62,475 nt of DNA. It comes from an uncultured Candidatus Peribacteria bacterium (GTDB lineage: Bacteria; Patescibacteriota; Gracilibacteria; CAIRYL01; GCA-016699755). The position numbers were made by a program, and so were the translations under genes. The notes under the pieces are model-generated. The model had not been told where the DNA came from and made no database searches. It worked only from the letters and a program-made list of their open reading frames with translations. How positions within the stretch are numbered: position 1 is the stretch's first letter; each line of letters opens with the position of its first letter. Location of the stretch: the NCBI GenBank assembly GCA_964584385.1, contig CAZOZW010000001.1:1-62475 (forward strand), given 5' to 3'. Positions 8,101 to 15,874 of this stretch are shown here, one piece after another.

Positions 8101-8176
8101 TGGCGTTCCCGGCAGGAGTCGAACCTACGACCTTTTGGACCGCAACCAAACGCTCTATCCACTGAGCTACGGGAAC
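8101..8176 (-). tRNA. tRNA-Arg (anticodon GCG), CCA encoded
   Basis: Reverse complement: GTTCCCG TA GCTC AGTGGATA GAGC G TTTGG TTGCGGT CCAAA AGGTC GTAGG TTCGACT CCTGC CGGGAAC G CCA. Anticodon loop is U-U-GCG-G-U. Confidence 0.88.
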
Positions 8177-8302
8177 AAATTGCCAAAGGATTATGACAAG
8201 AAAAACATGGCAGAGCAAGCAAAAGGTTATGAAGCCGACTATTGCATCTGGTTATCGCGCTTGCCTGCCCCGCAAAGCTCTACCTCCAAGTGTCCGCGCC
8301 GT

Positions 8303-8338
8303 CCTCCCCCTTGATAAAGGGGGATTGAGGGGGATTTT
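8303..8338 (-). repeat. G5/C5 hairpin repeat, short form, inverted orientation
   Basis: cctcccccttgataaagggggattgagggggatttt. This approximates the reverse complement of the 8416 copy. Confidence 0.8.
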
Positions 8339-8415
8339 ACTACAGGAATGGATTGCGAAGATTAACTCTGGTACTAAGACATGTTTCGTTACCTTGTGAT
8401 TTGAAATAGTCGATG

Positions 8416-8467
8416 TTGAGTAAGCAGAAATCCCCCTTGTTTTCCCCCTTTACGAAAGGGGGAGGAG
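8416..8467 (+). repeat. G5/C5 hairpin repeat, short form
   Basis: ttgagtaagcagaaatcccccttgttttccccctttacgaaagggggaggag. Contains the hairpin ccccctt-tacg-aaggggg. Confidence 0.85.
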
Positions 8468-8592
8468 TCACGTTTTTTTGCTGATAATCTTATTACTCCG
8501 TTTACATAAAATGATCCTGTTGTATTTATTCTCATTGCTAGTATTCGCGATTGACCTAAAAACCCTACGGCACAATCTTTAACTACTAAGTT

Positions 8593-8638
8593 GCGGCGTT
8601 GCCCTCCCCCTTGATAAAGGGGGACTGAGGGGGATTTA
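8593..8638 (-). repeat. G5/C5 hairpin repeat, short form, inverted orientation; abuts the DUF559 stop codon
   Basis: gcggcgttgccctcccccttgataaagggggactgagggggattt. Confidence 0.8.
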
Positions 8639-8640
8639 TC

Positions 8641-9006
8641 TTACCTCAAAAGCTCTAATATCTTAGATCCAATTACTTGATGCACTCCTTCGCGATTCGT
8701 ATTCACGTCGGTATTGCTAAAGCGTAACACGGCAATCCCCTGCCCTTCGAGCAGCTCATCGCGAAGTTGATCATTTTTCTTGCCTTTGTTCCCGTAGTGC
8801 TGCCCACCATCAATCTCTATTGCGAGTCTGATTGAAGGTGCGTAAAAATCGAGGATGAAACTTAAGATGGGTTTTTGTCGATAAAAGCGAATTCCATGTA
8901 TCTGTTTCCGACGAATCATACTCCATACAATTACCTCTTGTGGAGTGGCATTTTTTCTTAAGTCTCGTGAAAATTGCTTGAGTTGGCTGTTGTATGGGGT
9001 GAACAT
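8641..9006 (-). CDS. DUF559 (Vsr-like) endonuclease domain protein
   Basis: MFTPYNSQLKQFSRDLRKNATPQEVIVWSMIRRKQIHGIRFYRQKPILSFILDFYAPSIRLAIEIDGGQHY...VLRFSNTDV matches the typical DUF559 pattern. Start moved to the ATG at 9006. Confidence 0.85.
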   Translation of the reverse strand: MFTPYNSQLKQFSRDLRKNATPQEVIVWSMIRRKQIHGIRFYRQKPILSFILDFYAPSIRLAIEIDGGQHYGNKGKKNDQLRDELLEGQGIAVLRFSNTDVNTNREGVHQVIGSKILELLR

Positions 9007-9162
9007 GTGGTTTGAGTAAGGCAGATAAAGTAGCAAAAGTTCACAAATAGAAAAAGAGGATTGTGCAAAAACCCCTTTTGAGTTTTCTTGCTATTTCGCC
9101 ATCATTTTCAGCACAGATAACTCGATTCGGCGCAAAAGATTGGCGAGAAGGCGTCTGGACAT

Positions 9163-9194
9163 TCACCTTGATAAAGGGGGTTGAGGAGGATTTT
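9163..9194 (-). repeat. degenerate copy of the hairpin repeat, inverted orientation
   Basis: tcaccttgataaagggggttgaggaggatttt. Confidence 0.55.
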
Positions 9195-9271
9195 GGTACC
9201 GCAAGGAATCGCGATAATCTACCTTGGTGCCAACAGATGCTTCGTTGCTTTGTGTCTTAATACTGAGTTAG

Positions 9272-9323
9272 TTGAGTAAGTAGAAATCCCCCTTGTTTTC
9301 CCCCTTTACGAAAGGGGGAGGAG
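9272..9323 (+). repeat. G5/C5 hairpin repeat, short form
   Basis: ttgagtaagtagaaatcccccttgttttccccctttacgaaagggggaggag. Almost identical to the 8416 copy, and the flanks (ttcgttgctttgtg, tttttttgctgat) are also shared. Confidence 0.85.
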
Positions 9324-9438
9324 TCAAGTTTTTTTGCTGATTTGCAAATTACTGGGTTTGTATTTGAATTACTCGTATTGCTACTATTCGCGAACGAGCT
9401 AAAAACCCATACGGCACAACGACCCATCTGCCACGAAT

Positions 9439-9514
9439 CGGCGTTGCCCTCCCCCTTTGCCTGCCCGCCGTAGCCTTGGCGGTGGTGGGATAAAGGGGGA
9501 TTGAGGGGGATTTT
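9439..9514 (-). repeat. hairpin repeat, medium form (internal GC hairpin insert), inverted orientation
   Basis: cggcgttgccctccccctttgcctgcccgccgtagccttggcggtggtgggataaagggggattgagggggatttt. Confidence 0.8.
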
Positions 9515-9521
9515 GCTCTGG

Positions 9522-9626
9522 TTGAGTGAGTAGAAATCCCCCTCTAACTCCCCCTTTTATGGGAGTGATGATGCAAGTTTGCTTGTTTGTGAGTTGTTGT
9601 GTTTGTTTAGGGTAAAGGGGGAGGAC
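9522..9626 (+). repeat. hairpin repeat, long form with embedded mini-ORF (9559-9615)
   Basis: ttgagtgagtagaaatccccctctaactccccctttt ATGGGAGTGATGATG...TAA agggggaggac. Confidence 0.85.
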
Positions 9627-9640
9627 AACTGCGTTGTAAC

Positions 9641-9672
9641 GCAAAAAGCCCAGCCTATTCAATAGGCTGGGC
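9641..9672 (-). terminator. rho-independent terminator of the S-layer gene
   Basis: Palindrome gcccagcctatt-c-aataggctgggc (9648-9672). On the minus strand it is followed by TTTTT (9643-9647). Confidence 0.8.
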
Positions 9673-9723
9673 AATTTGCAATTTTGAGAAGAAATCTTCT
9701 CTACTCTGAGCTAACCATGGTGA

Positions 9724-12700
9724 TTAGTTAGACTTTCGAGTATGTTCGATTTCGTTAATCGAGCTTGCAGAACCAAGGTCAATCCATTGTACTACGGCAC
9801 CATCGGCTCCAGTTGAACCACCGTCAATCCAAAAGATATCGTCTTGTCCTGTAGCAGGTGTTGAACCATTGATGCTGATCTTTGTTGTGATAGCGTCATC
9901 AGTATTACCAGCAGTATTTGTAGCAATATCTGCTCGGATGGTATATGTTTCTCCGTTTACACTAATAGGCTCCCCAGGTTGATTACCCGCAAGCAGTGTA
10001 GTTGCATCAGCAACAACATCTGGGCTCAATGGCAACGCTGAATCATTAGTACCAACTACTAGTGTGAAATCAGTTTGATCAAGAGCTGTTGCTTCAGTTG
10101 CTGCTATCAACTCATTATCTCCGTTATAAAGATAAACTATACCTGCTGTTCCGACAACAGGATCACAGTCAAAGGTTGTATCGCCATCAACACATGCGTT
10201 TGAACCCTCAAGAGTAACGTCAACTCGATGGATATATGGTTCATCCGATGTATCACCTGTAAAGTCTACGTCAAACTTAAGCATCTCCTGTCGTGTACCT
10301 GTAATAAGTACAGCAGTCGGTTGGTTCGCACTTTCTTCAGCAATAACCTTGTTATTAAAGACATAGATACTATCTGAAGCGTTTGTAGCAAGAATCTGAA
10401 CATTGTCATTATCTTCTACATCATCACCAGCAGCAGCTGCACCTACAGTGTTTGCAAGTGTTGCTGTAATAGTTGTTCCATCAGGAATTGCAGTAACTTG
10501 AGTCACCTGCTGTCGTGGAGTTCCACGCGCAATTACAATGTAGTCATTCACAGCAAATGCTGCGCTTGAATCTACGGTCATCGCTACAGCTGCTCCATCT
10601 GAATAGTTAGCAACATCATTGATCAATGTTGAACCTTGACCAGTTGGGATTACATCAGCTCCTGAGTCGACACCACGAATAGTGGTTTCTCCGGTTTCTG
10701 CAAGAATCAACTCTACGTTAAATGCATGACCTGATTCAGCAGTTGCGCTTGAACCACTATCATCCATTTCAGCAAGGTCTACACGTACTTCAACCAAAAG
10801 ATCTTCGCTGTCTTCAACAATAAGATCAAGGTCTTGGAAGAGGGCGATATCGTTGCCATCTACCGATGAAACACTAGCTGCTTGACCCGAAGTCTTCTTT
10901 ACAGCAGTACCGTCATCGTAGTAATAGAGAGAAACAGCGTCGATTGCATCTGAATCGTTTGCAGCGTCAGGATTCGTAATGCCATTTGCATAGAAACCTG
11001 CAGCACCCGTAACGATTTCGTTAACCTTAACGGCCAAGTCTTCAACCTCTACAGATTCGTTCACTGCTTCGAATTTGAAAACTCCAACAGGAATATCGGT
11101 CAAACCAGCAGGTACTAATTCAGTATCTGTTTTATTATTATCAACTGTTACAGTAATAGAACCGTTATCTTGAATGGTAAATATTGCACTATCAACAGGT
11201 ACCCCTGAGACTGTTGCATCGTCACCATCTTCGTCTTCAGCATCAGCTGCGGTCAGAGAAAGATCGATTGTTCTACCAGAAGTAGGATTAGAGGCAATGT
11301 TTGCGGTTACAACAATGGTGAATTCATCACCGGCAGGTACCAGCAGACCACTTGTTCCTCCGTCCTCATCCAAGCTACTAAAGGTTACACCGGCAGTAGC
11401 GGTTGGAGTCTTACCTGTTTCGACAGGAGTAAGAACATTTCCTTCTTTTTTGTAGATCGAGTAGTCGTCTACATCACTGTTAGTAGCAGTGGCGGCACCG
11501 TCATTCTCAAAGGTTAGGTCACGTATATATATATCTTCAACAGAGTTTGCACGTACCGTTGCTTCAAACACTACAACGTTCTCGGCATCTGCAACGTAAT
11601 CATCATCACCAAGTGACTTGGTTGTAAGAGTTACTGTTGGCTTAGCGACTGTGTATTGTTTTGTTGAAGGATCACCACTCGGGCGAATATCATGGTTTGT
11701 TCCACCAGGCCCCTTAGTAGTCTTGTTCGACTCTACACCCTCAACTTCAACAGTATCCATGTCGATTGCAAAGGCATATTCTTCACCTTCAGTTGCCGTA
11801 TTCTCTACGTCACCCTGAATTGAAAGAGTAATAGTTTCTCCAGTTTCTAGAATAGTTTCATCGTTAAACACAATGTTATCCTTATCATTCAAATCCTCAG
11901 GACCCATAAATGTGGCGCCTGTTTCAATGTTAACCAGTCGGATATCGGAGATATCAGTATTAGCATCATCGTCATCAGCATCTTCATCATCAACATCATC
12001 AAGTCCGATGAGAGTAAGACCTTCTTTCAACTCTACTGCTTCACCCATGTTCGTGATTGTAAGAACACCAAATTCTACGTTATCTGTATCAGGTGCAACG
12101 TCTCGTGAACTTGAGTCAATTGCGAAGGTAATGTCACCACCGTTAATGCCGATAAACGAACCGGTTGCAGGTGGCCCCGCATTTCCAAGTGGATCATTCG
12201 TTTCAGATAATCCAACACCAAAGCCGAAAGTCAAACCTTGAGCCAAGACATCGGAAGTAACCTCGTCAAATTCAACAACAAGATTTTCATTAACACCAGC
12301 GAGGATGTCTCCTTTGATACGGAAGGTCCGGTTATCTCCGTCTTCCAAAATCCAACCTTCGTCGTCAGTATCAGTAAGGTCGAAAGTTGCTTTTTCATCT
12401 TCTACCAATTCCACAATGTCTGAGACACGTTGACCTTGGTACTCAATGTACATGTTGCCAATATCGCCATCATCTGGTCCGTTAAACTCAAAGGTCATTG
12501 CTTGGAGCAATACATCTTCTGCAGAACCAGCTTCTACTTCAATTTTAGCTAGCTCAACATCTGTTTCGCCTACTTCAATTGTGTTGTCAGATACATTGTT
12601 GTAAGTAAATTCAAGACTACCAACTTCAACATTGGCAATAGTCATGGTTTCACCACTAGCCGGGAAGTCACCAACGATCTCTACATCGCCACCGGTTTCT

Positions 12701-13857
12701 GCACCAACAGCAGTAATATCTTCGCTAGAAGCAATACTGAAGTTGTGCTCACCACCAGAGGCAGACGCATTGATATCGCCAGCAATGATGATAGTTTTTG
12801 TTGCGTCAGCCGGAACGGTTACCGGGTCTGATGCTAAGTTCAATGGAGCGATTTCTTCGTCGTTTGTAAACGGACGATCTGTTCCACGTTGCTTGATGCC
12901 ATCGAAGACTTTAACGTCTTGAATCTCATCTTCATTACCAAGTCCACCGTGTGAAACGGTAACACCGGTAACCTCGATATCTTGATCACCATTATTGGTA
13001 AGGTCAAGTGCCAAGAATGGAACATTCGAACCATTTCGTGGAATTGAAGAACCTTCTGGGGTTTCGCTCGAAACGCTTACTTCGAGTGAACCAACCGGAG
13101 CAGGTGGATCCTCTGGATCATCTTCATCACCTGGATCTTCTGGATCCTCTGGGTCTTCTCCATCAACTGGATCTTCGGTATCGGTACAGATGTCTTCACC
13201 ATCGGCAACCTTCATCGAGTTCAAGAGAACTTTTGCTACTTCACCACGGGTAATGTTTCCGTTCGGTGAGAAAGTGGTTGCTGTGGTTCCGTTTACAATA
13301 CATTGATTGTAAGCGGTTGCTACATACTCGTAGAACCAGTCGCTTTCAGCCACATCGGTGAAAGGAGGCTCTGGCATGAGCATGGTTTCGATATCGCCGG
13401 TTAAGAGTAAAACCTTAAGCGCAGCCGATCGTGTGATCGGGCTGTTTGGGCCAAAGGTTCCGTCAGGGAATCCGTTTACGATATCGAGGCCTTTTGCTAC
13501 TTCGACATAGTCGAAGAACCAATCGTCGGCGCTAACATCGCTAAAGGTAGGATTCGCTCCGTCGGCGAATGCATCGGCGAGGTCTGATACGGTTTCACCG
13601 TAAAAGGCTTCGATCGCCAATTTCGTCAACTCGGCTCGTGTGAGTGAGTTGTTCGGAAAGTACATGGTTTTCGGAGTACCATCATCGTTATGTGTCGAGA
13701 TGATATCGTTTTCGGCGAGGTCAATGATAAACTCCTCGGCCCAATGGCCAGAAATATCAGTGAACTCAGGCACTGCTGCTGCCACAGGTGTTGCGGCGAC
13801 CGCGAATGCAACAGTCAAGCTTGCCACGCTTGCTGTGAGTTTCTTCAGAAGATTCAT
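9724..13857 (-). CDS. giant SLH-domain surface (S-layer-like) protein
   Basis: Signal peptide MNLLKKLTASVASLTVAFAVAATPVAAA. Three SLH repeats (FTDISGHWAEEFI..., FSDVSADDWFFDYVEVAKGLDIVNGFPDGTFGPNSPITRSAALKVL, FTDVAESDWFYEYVATAYNQCIVNGTTATTFSPNGNITRGEVAKVL). Acidic DPED linker, then about 1100 aa of T/D/E/G/V-rich beta-type sequence. Start moved to the ATG at 13857. Confidence 0.88.
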   Translation of the reverse strand: MNLLKKLTASVASLTVAFAVAATPVAAAVPEFTDISGHWAEEFIIDLAENDIISTHNDDGTPKTMYFPNNSLTRAELTKLAIEAFYGETVSDLADAFADGANPTFSDVSADDWFFDYVEVAKGLDIVNGFPDGTFGPNSPITRSAALKVLLLTGDIETMLMPEPPFTDVAESDWFYEYVATAYNQCIVNGTTATTFSPNGNITRGEVAKVLLNSMKVADGEDICTDTEDPVDGEDPEDPEDPGDEDDPEDPPAPVGSLEVSVSSETPEGSSIPRNGSNVPFLALDLTNNGDQDIEVTGVTVSHGGLGNEDEIQDVKVFDGIKQRGTDRPFTNDEEIAPLNLASDPVTVPADATKTIIIAGDINASASGGEHNFSIASSEDITAVGAETGGDVEIVGDFPASGETMTIANVEVGSLEFTYNNVSDNTIEVGETDVELAKIEVEAGSAEDVLLQAMTFEFNGPDDGDIGNMYIEYQGQRVSDIVELVEDEKATFDLTDTDDEGWILEDGDNRTFRIKGDILAGVNENLVVEFDEVTSDVLAQGLTFGFGVGLSETNDPLGNAGPPATGSFIGINGGDITFAIDSSSRDVAPDTDNVEFGVLTITNMGEAVELKEGLTLIGLDDVDDEDADDDDANTDISDIRLVNIETGATFMGPEDLNDKDNIVFNDETILETGETITLSIQGDVENTATEGEEYAFAIDMDTVEVEGVESNKTTKGPGGTNHDIRPSGDPSTKQYTVAKPTVTLTTKSLGDDDYVADAENVVVFEATVRANSVEDIYIRDLTFENDGAATATNSDVDDYSIYKKEGNVLTPVETGKTPTATAGVTFSSLDEDGGTSGLLVPAGDEFTIVVTANIASNPTSGRTIDLSLTAADAEDEDGDDATVSGVPVDSAIFTIQDNGSITVTVDNNKTDTELVPAGLTDIPVGVFKFEAVNESVEVEDLAVKVNEIVTGAAGFYANGITNPDAANDSDAIDAVSLYYYDDGTAVKKTSGQAASVSSVDGNDIALFQDLDLIVEDSEDLLVEVRVDLAEMDDSGSSATAESGHAFNVELILAETGETTIRGVDSGADVIPTGQGSTLINDVANYSDGAAVAMTVDSSAAFAVNDYIVIARGTPRQQVTQVTAIPDGTTITATLANTVGAAAAGDDVEDNDNVQILATNASDSIYVFNNKVIAEESANQPTAVLITGTRQEMLKFDVDFTGDTSDEPYIHRVDVTLEGSNACVDGDTTFDCDPVVGTAGIVYLYNGDNELIAATEATALDQTDFTLVVGTNDSALPLSPDVVADATTLLAGNQPGEPISVNGETYTIRADIATNTAGNTDDAITTKISINGSTPATGQDDIFWIDGGSTGADGAVVQWIDLGSASSINEIEHTRKSN
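13237..13767 (-). other. three tandem SLH (S-layer homology) modules
   Basis: See the SLH motifs above. This corresponds to residues about 31-207 counted from the 13857 start. Confidence 0.8.
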
Positions 13858-14556
13858 ATCTTCGTTATAAAAAAGAAAAATAAGAAACCTACCGCTATAC
13901 ATTATGTATTACGTAGGCGGAGTTTTCTTGGGTTTGGTTTGTGCTTCATAAAGGTTTCATTCCGATAGCCGCTGAAAGCACGCTCGGCTACGGATCTTGT
14001 GCATTGTTTTCTTCTCCGTGAATCTTTCGATACGTTTTGCCTGCAAAGAGCAAAACATATTTTGCAAACAACAATGTATTGTTTGCGGTTTCGTTGGTGT
14101 TAAGGGTCGAATCGTTTTTGGGGTTATCCCCGGAGTTGTCGTAGTTGTTTCGCGCTCCTTTGCCTCCTCGGAATTTTTTTACCCACACAGTATCTAGTAA
14201 TTCGTACCGAAAAGTCAATCGATCGATACGGATTTTGCTGTGCTTATATGCCGCAGAGTGTTGCGGCTCAAGTGGTGTGTGGGGGGTGAAAGAAAGTTCG
14301 CGACTGGTTTTCGCGACTCACACTAACTAACGCAGGGGGTGCAAAAATGTTTCAGTTTTTTTATTGATTGCTGAAGATATATGTTTTAAAGATACATTTT
14401 TGGTGTATGAAACAACCGAGACAGGCAGTTGTTCACGGCTTGGGGATTAGTGATTGTTGTGCGGTTGAAACAGGGATCGGTTTGAGCGCTTCAATTACTA
14501 TTCTAATTGATGATGGTGTATTTATGTATTGGTTTGGGTTGATTTATGGCGATGAA

Positions 14557-14659
14557 TGAGTGGGGAGAAATCACCCTCTCACACCCCCTTCTATGGGAGT
14601 GATGATGATGTTTTGCTTGATTGCAATTGAGTGTGTTTGTTGAGGCGAAAGGGGGAGGT
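14557..14659 (+). repeat. hairpin repeat, long form with mini-ORF (14593-14643)
   Basis: tgagtggggagaaatcaccctctcacacccccttct ATGGGAGTGATGATGATG...TGA ggcgaaagggggaggt. Confidence 0.85.
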
Positions 14660-14736
14660 ACGTTTCGTTGCTTTTTGGCTATTAACGGGATGAATGACCG
14701 AACAGATTGCTAACGTGAGAGTCTCGCTTTTGTAAA

Positions 14737-14787
14737 GAGCCTGTCCCGAGAGCAAAGCGGCTCGGGAGGGAATACAAGGGGGTTTTT
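14737..14787 (-). repeat. degenerate medium-form hairpin repeat, inverted orientation
   Basis: gagcctgtcccgagagcaaagcggctcgggagggaatacaagggggttttt. Confidence 0.5.
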
Positions 14788-14858
14788 GCGACAGTAAGTT
14801 GACGTGAAAGATATGTGAGAACAATGTTTCGTTGCTTTGTGATTATGTGTTGAATTAT

Positions 14859-14961
14859 TTGAGTGAAGAGAAAACCCCCTCAATCCCCCTTTAATGGGAG
14901 TGATGATGGTGATTGACTTAAGTGTGGATACTTGTGTTTGCTGAGGGCAAAGGGGGAGGAC
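14859..14961 (+). repeat. hairpin repeat, long form with mini-ORF (14894-14944)
   Basis: ttgagtgaagagaaaaccccctcaatccccctttа ATGGGAGTGATGATGGTG...TGA gggcaaagggggaggac. Confidence 0.85.
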
Positions 14962-14977
14962 GGGCGCAGCGGCGTTT

Positions 14978-15334
14978 TTATTGCCAACTGAACAGCTTTT
15001 GGAAGTTCTGCTTTAGACAGTTAATATCGTGCTGAGAAAGCCTGCCTACTGCCGCTTCGATCACGCGATCATCGATTGTAAACAGCTTCATGCGAACAAT
15101 GCATTGCCGGGGAAGACCAGCTGTTTCGTGGTCGGTGATCGGCGTATCGAGAGGAAAGCGTGAATGCTTTGCCGAAGTGATCATCGCCAATACGCTGTGC
15201 GAGATTTTTGCACCGAATTCGCTGTGCGATGAAACAACCAGCGCCGGTCTGTATTTGGTAACACTCGGAAGATCGCTGAACGGAAACGGTACGCGCACAA
15301 CTTGAAATTCGTGGTATTCATCAGGTTGGCTCAT
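14978..15334 (-). CDS. mazF: type II toxin, MazF/PemK family
   Basis: MSQPDEYHEFQVVRVPFPFSDLPSVTKYRPALVVSS...LAMITSAKHSRFPLDTPI...GLPRQCIVRMKLFTID fits the PemK-like pattern. Its start overlaps the antitoxin stop by ATGA. Confidence 0.8.
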   Translation of the reverse strand: MSQPDEYHEFQVVRVPFPFSDLPSVTKYRPALVVSSHSEFGAKISHSVLAMITSAKHSRFPLDTPITDHETAGLPRQCIVRMKLFTIDDRVIEAAVGRLSQHDINCLKQNFQKLFSWQ

Positions 15335-15564
15335 CTCCAATTTGCAAAGGTGTTGTCGTCTTCGGCAGAACCCCACTCACCGACCGTGGCATTTATCGCT
15401 GCCAGATGCTGCATGTCGATCGGTGTTGCTTTTTTAAGGGTGACGGTATCGCTCTGCCAAATAAAAATTACCGAGTCGCCTGCCTTGATGTGCAGGTTTT
15501 TTCTGATTTCGGCAGGAATCGTCGCCTGCCCCTTTTGCGTTACGCGTGAGATTTTTGAGTTCAT
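15331..15564 (-). CDS. mazE: type II antitoxin, AbrB/MazE/SpoVT fold
   Basis: MNSKISRVTQKGQATIPAEIRKNLHIKAGDSVIFIWQSDTVTLKK shows the swapped-hairpin AbrB-type motif. 77 aa, directly upstream of the toxin. Confidence 0.78.
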   Translation of the reverse strand: MNSKISRVTQKGQATIPAEIRKNLHIKAGDSVIFIWQSDTVTLKKATPIDMQHLAAINATVGEWGSAEDDNTFANWR

Positions 15565-15688
15565 GTATTACAGTAATACAGTAATAGTATAAGTGATTAC
15601 ACTTACGAATTCAATACCGTTGTATTGGCGGCTTTATAGCGCGGTTCTTAACGAAAACACGACGCCTTTTGTCAAGGACATGAATTTG

Positions 15689-15793
15689 TTGAGTGAGGAG
15701 AAACCCCTCTCTCACACCCCCCTTTTATGGGAGTGATGATGATGATTGGTTTATGTGGGAGTACTTGGGTTTGCTGAGGCGAAAGAGGGAGGA
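15689..15793 (+). repeat. hairpin repeat, long form with mini-ORF (15727-15777)
   Basis: ttgagtgaggagaaacccctctctcacacccccttt t ATGGGAGTGATGATGATG...TGA ggcgaaagagggaggat. Confidence 0.85.
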
Positions 15794-15874
15794 TGGGCGC
15801 CAAAATCACCATCGCTAAGAAGACACGAGCAGACAGACAAGGAGACAAAGAGCCTAACAGTGGAGCCGTAAGCG

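Noticed and set aside
8193-9674. Track ORFs 8193-8399, 9063-9260 and 9399-9674 (also 14591-14824 and 20121-20315) as small proteins
   Set aside because: Their sequences (…PLDKGGLRGI…, …IKGVEEDF…, …KGGVRGGF…) are translations of the hairpin repeats themselves and change frame and strand between copies.
9559-15777. Box C/D (kink-turn) small RNA-like architecture in long-form repeats: terminal stem, GUGAUGA ... CUGA, terminal stem
   Set aside because: GUGAUGA is present in all four copies, but CUGA occurs in only two (14941 and 15774); the others have UUGA or UUUA. The boxes are separated from the terminal stem by unpaired spacers, and box C/D RNPs are not known in bacteria. The match is probably a by-product of the ATGGGAGTGATGATG and TGCTGA ends of the mini-ORF.
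8290-15800. CRISPR array formed by the G5/C5 repeats
   Set aside because: The copies differ in length (36-105 bp), occur in both orientations and are irregularly spaced, with whole genes between them. They are strongly palindromic, and no cas genes are present.
8290-15800. Integron cassette array / CALIN, with the hairpin repeats acting as attC sites around the DUF559 and MazEF cassettes
   Set aside because: No intI gene is present. I could not find the RYYYAAC / GTTRRRY core pair at the repeat ends; only a conserved TTCGTTGCTTTGTG lies between copies. One of the supposed cassettes would be a 4.1-kb S-layer gene with its own terminator. Repeat-bracketing is kept only as a finding.
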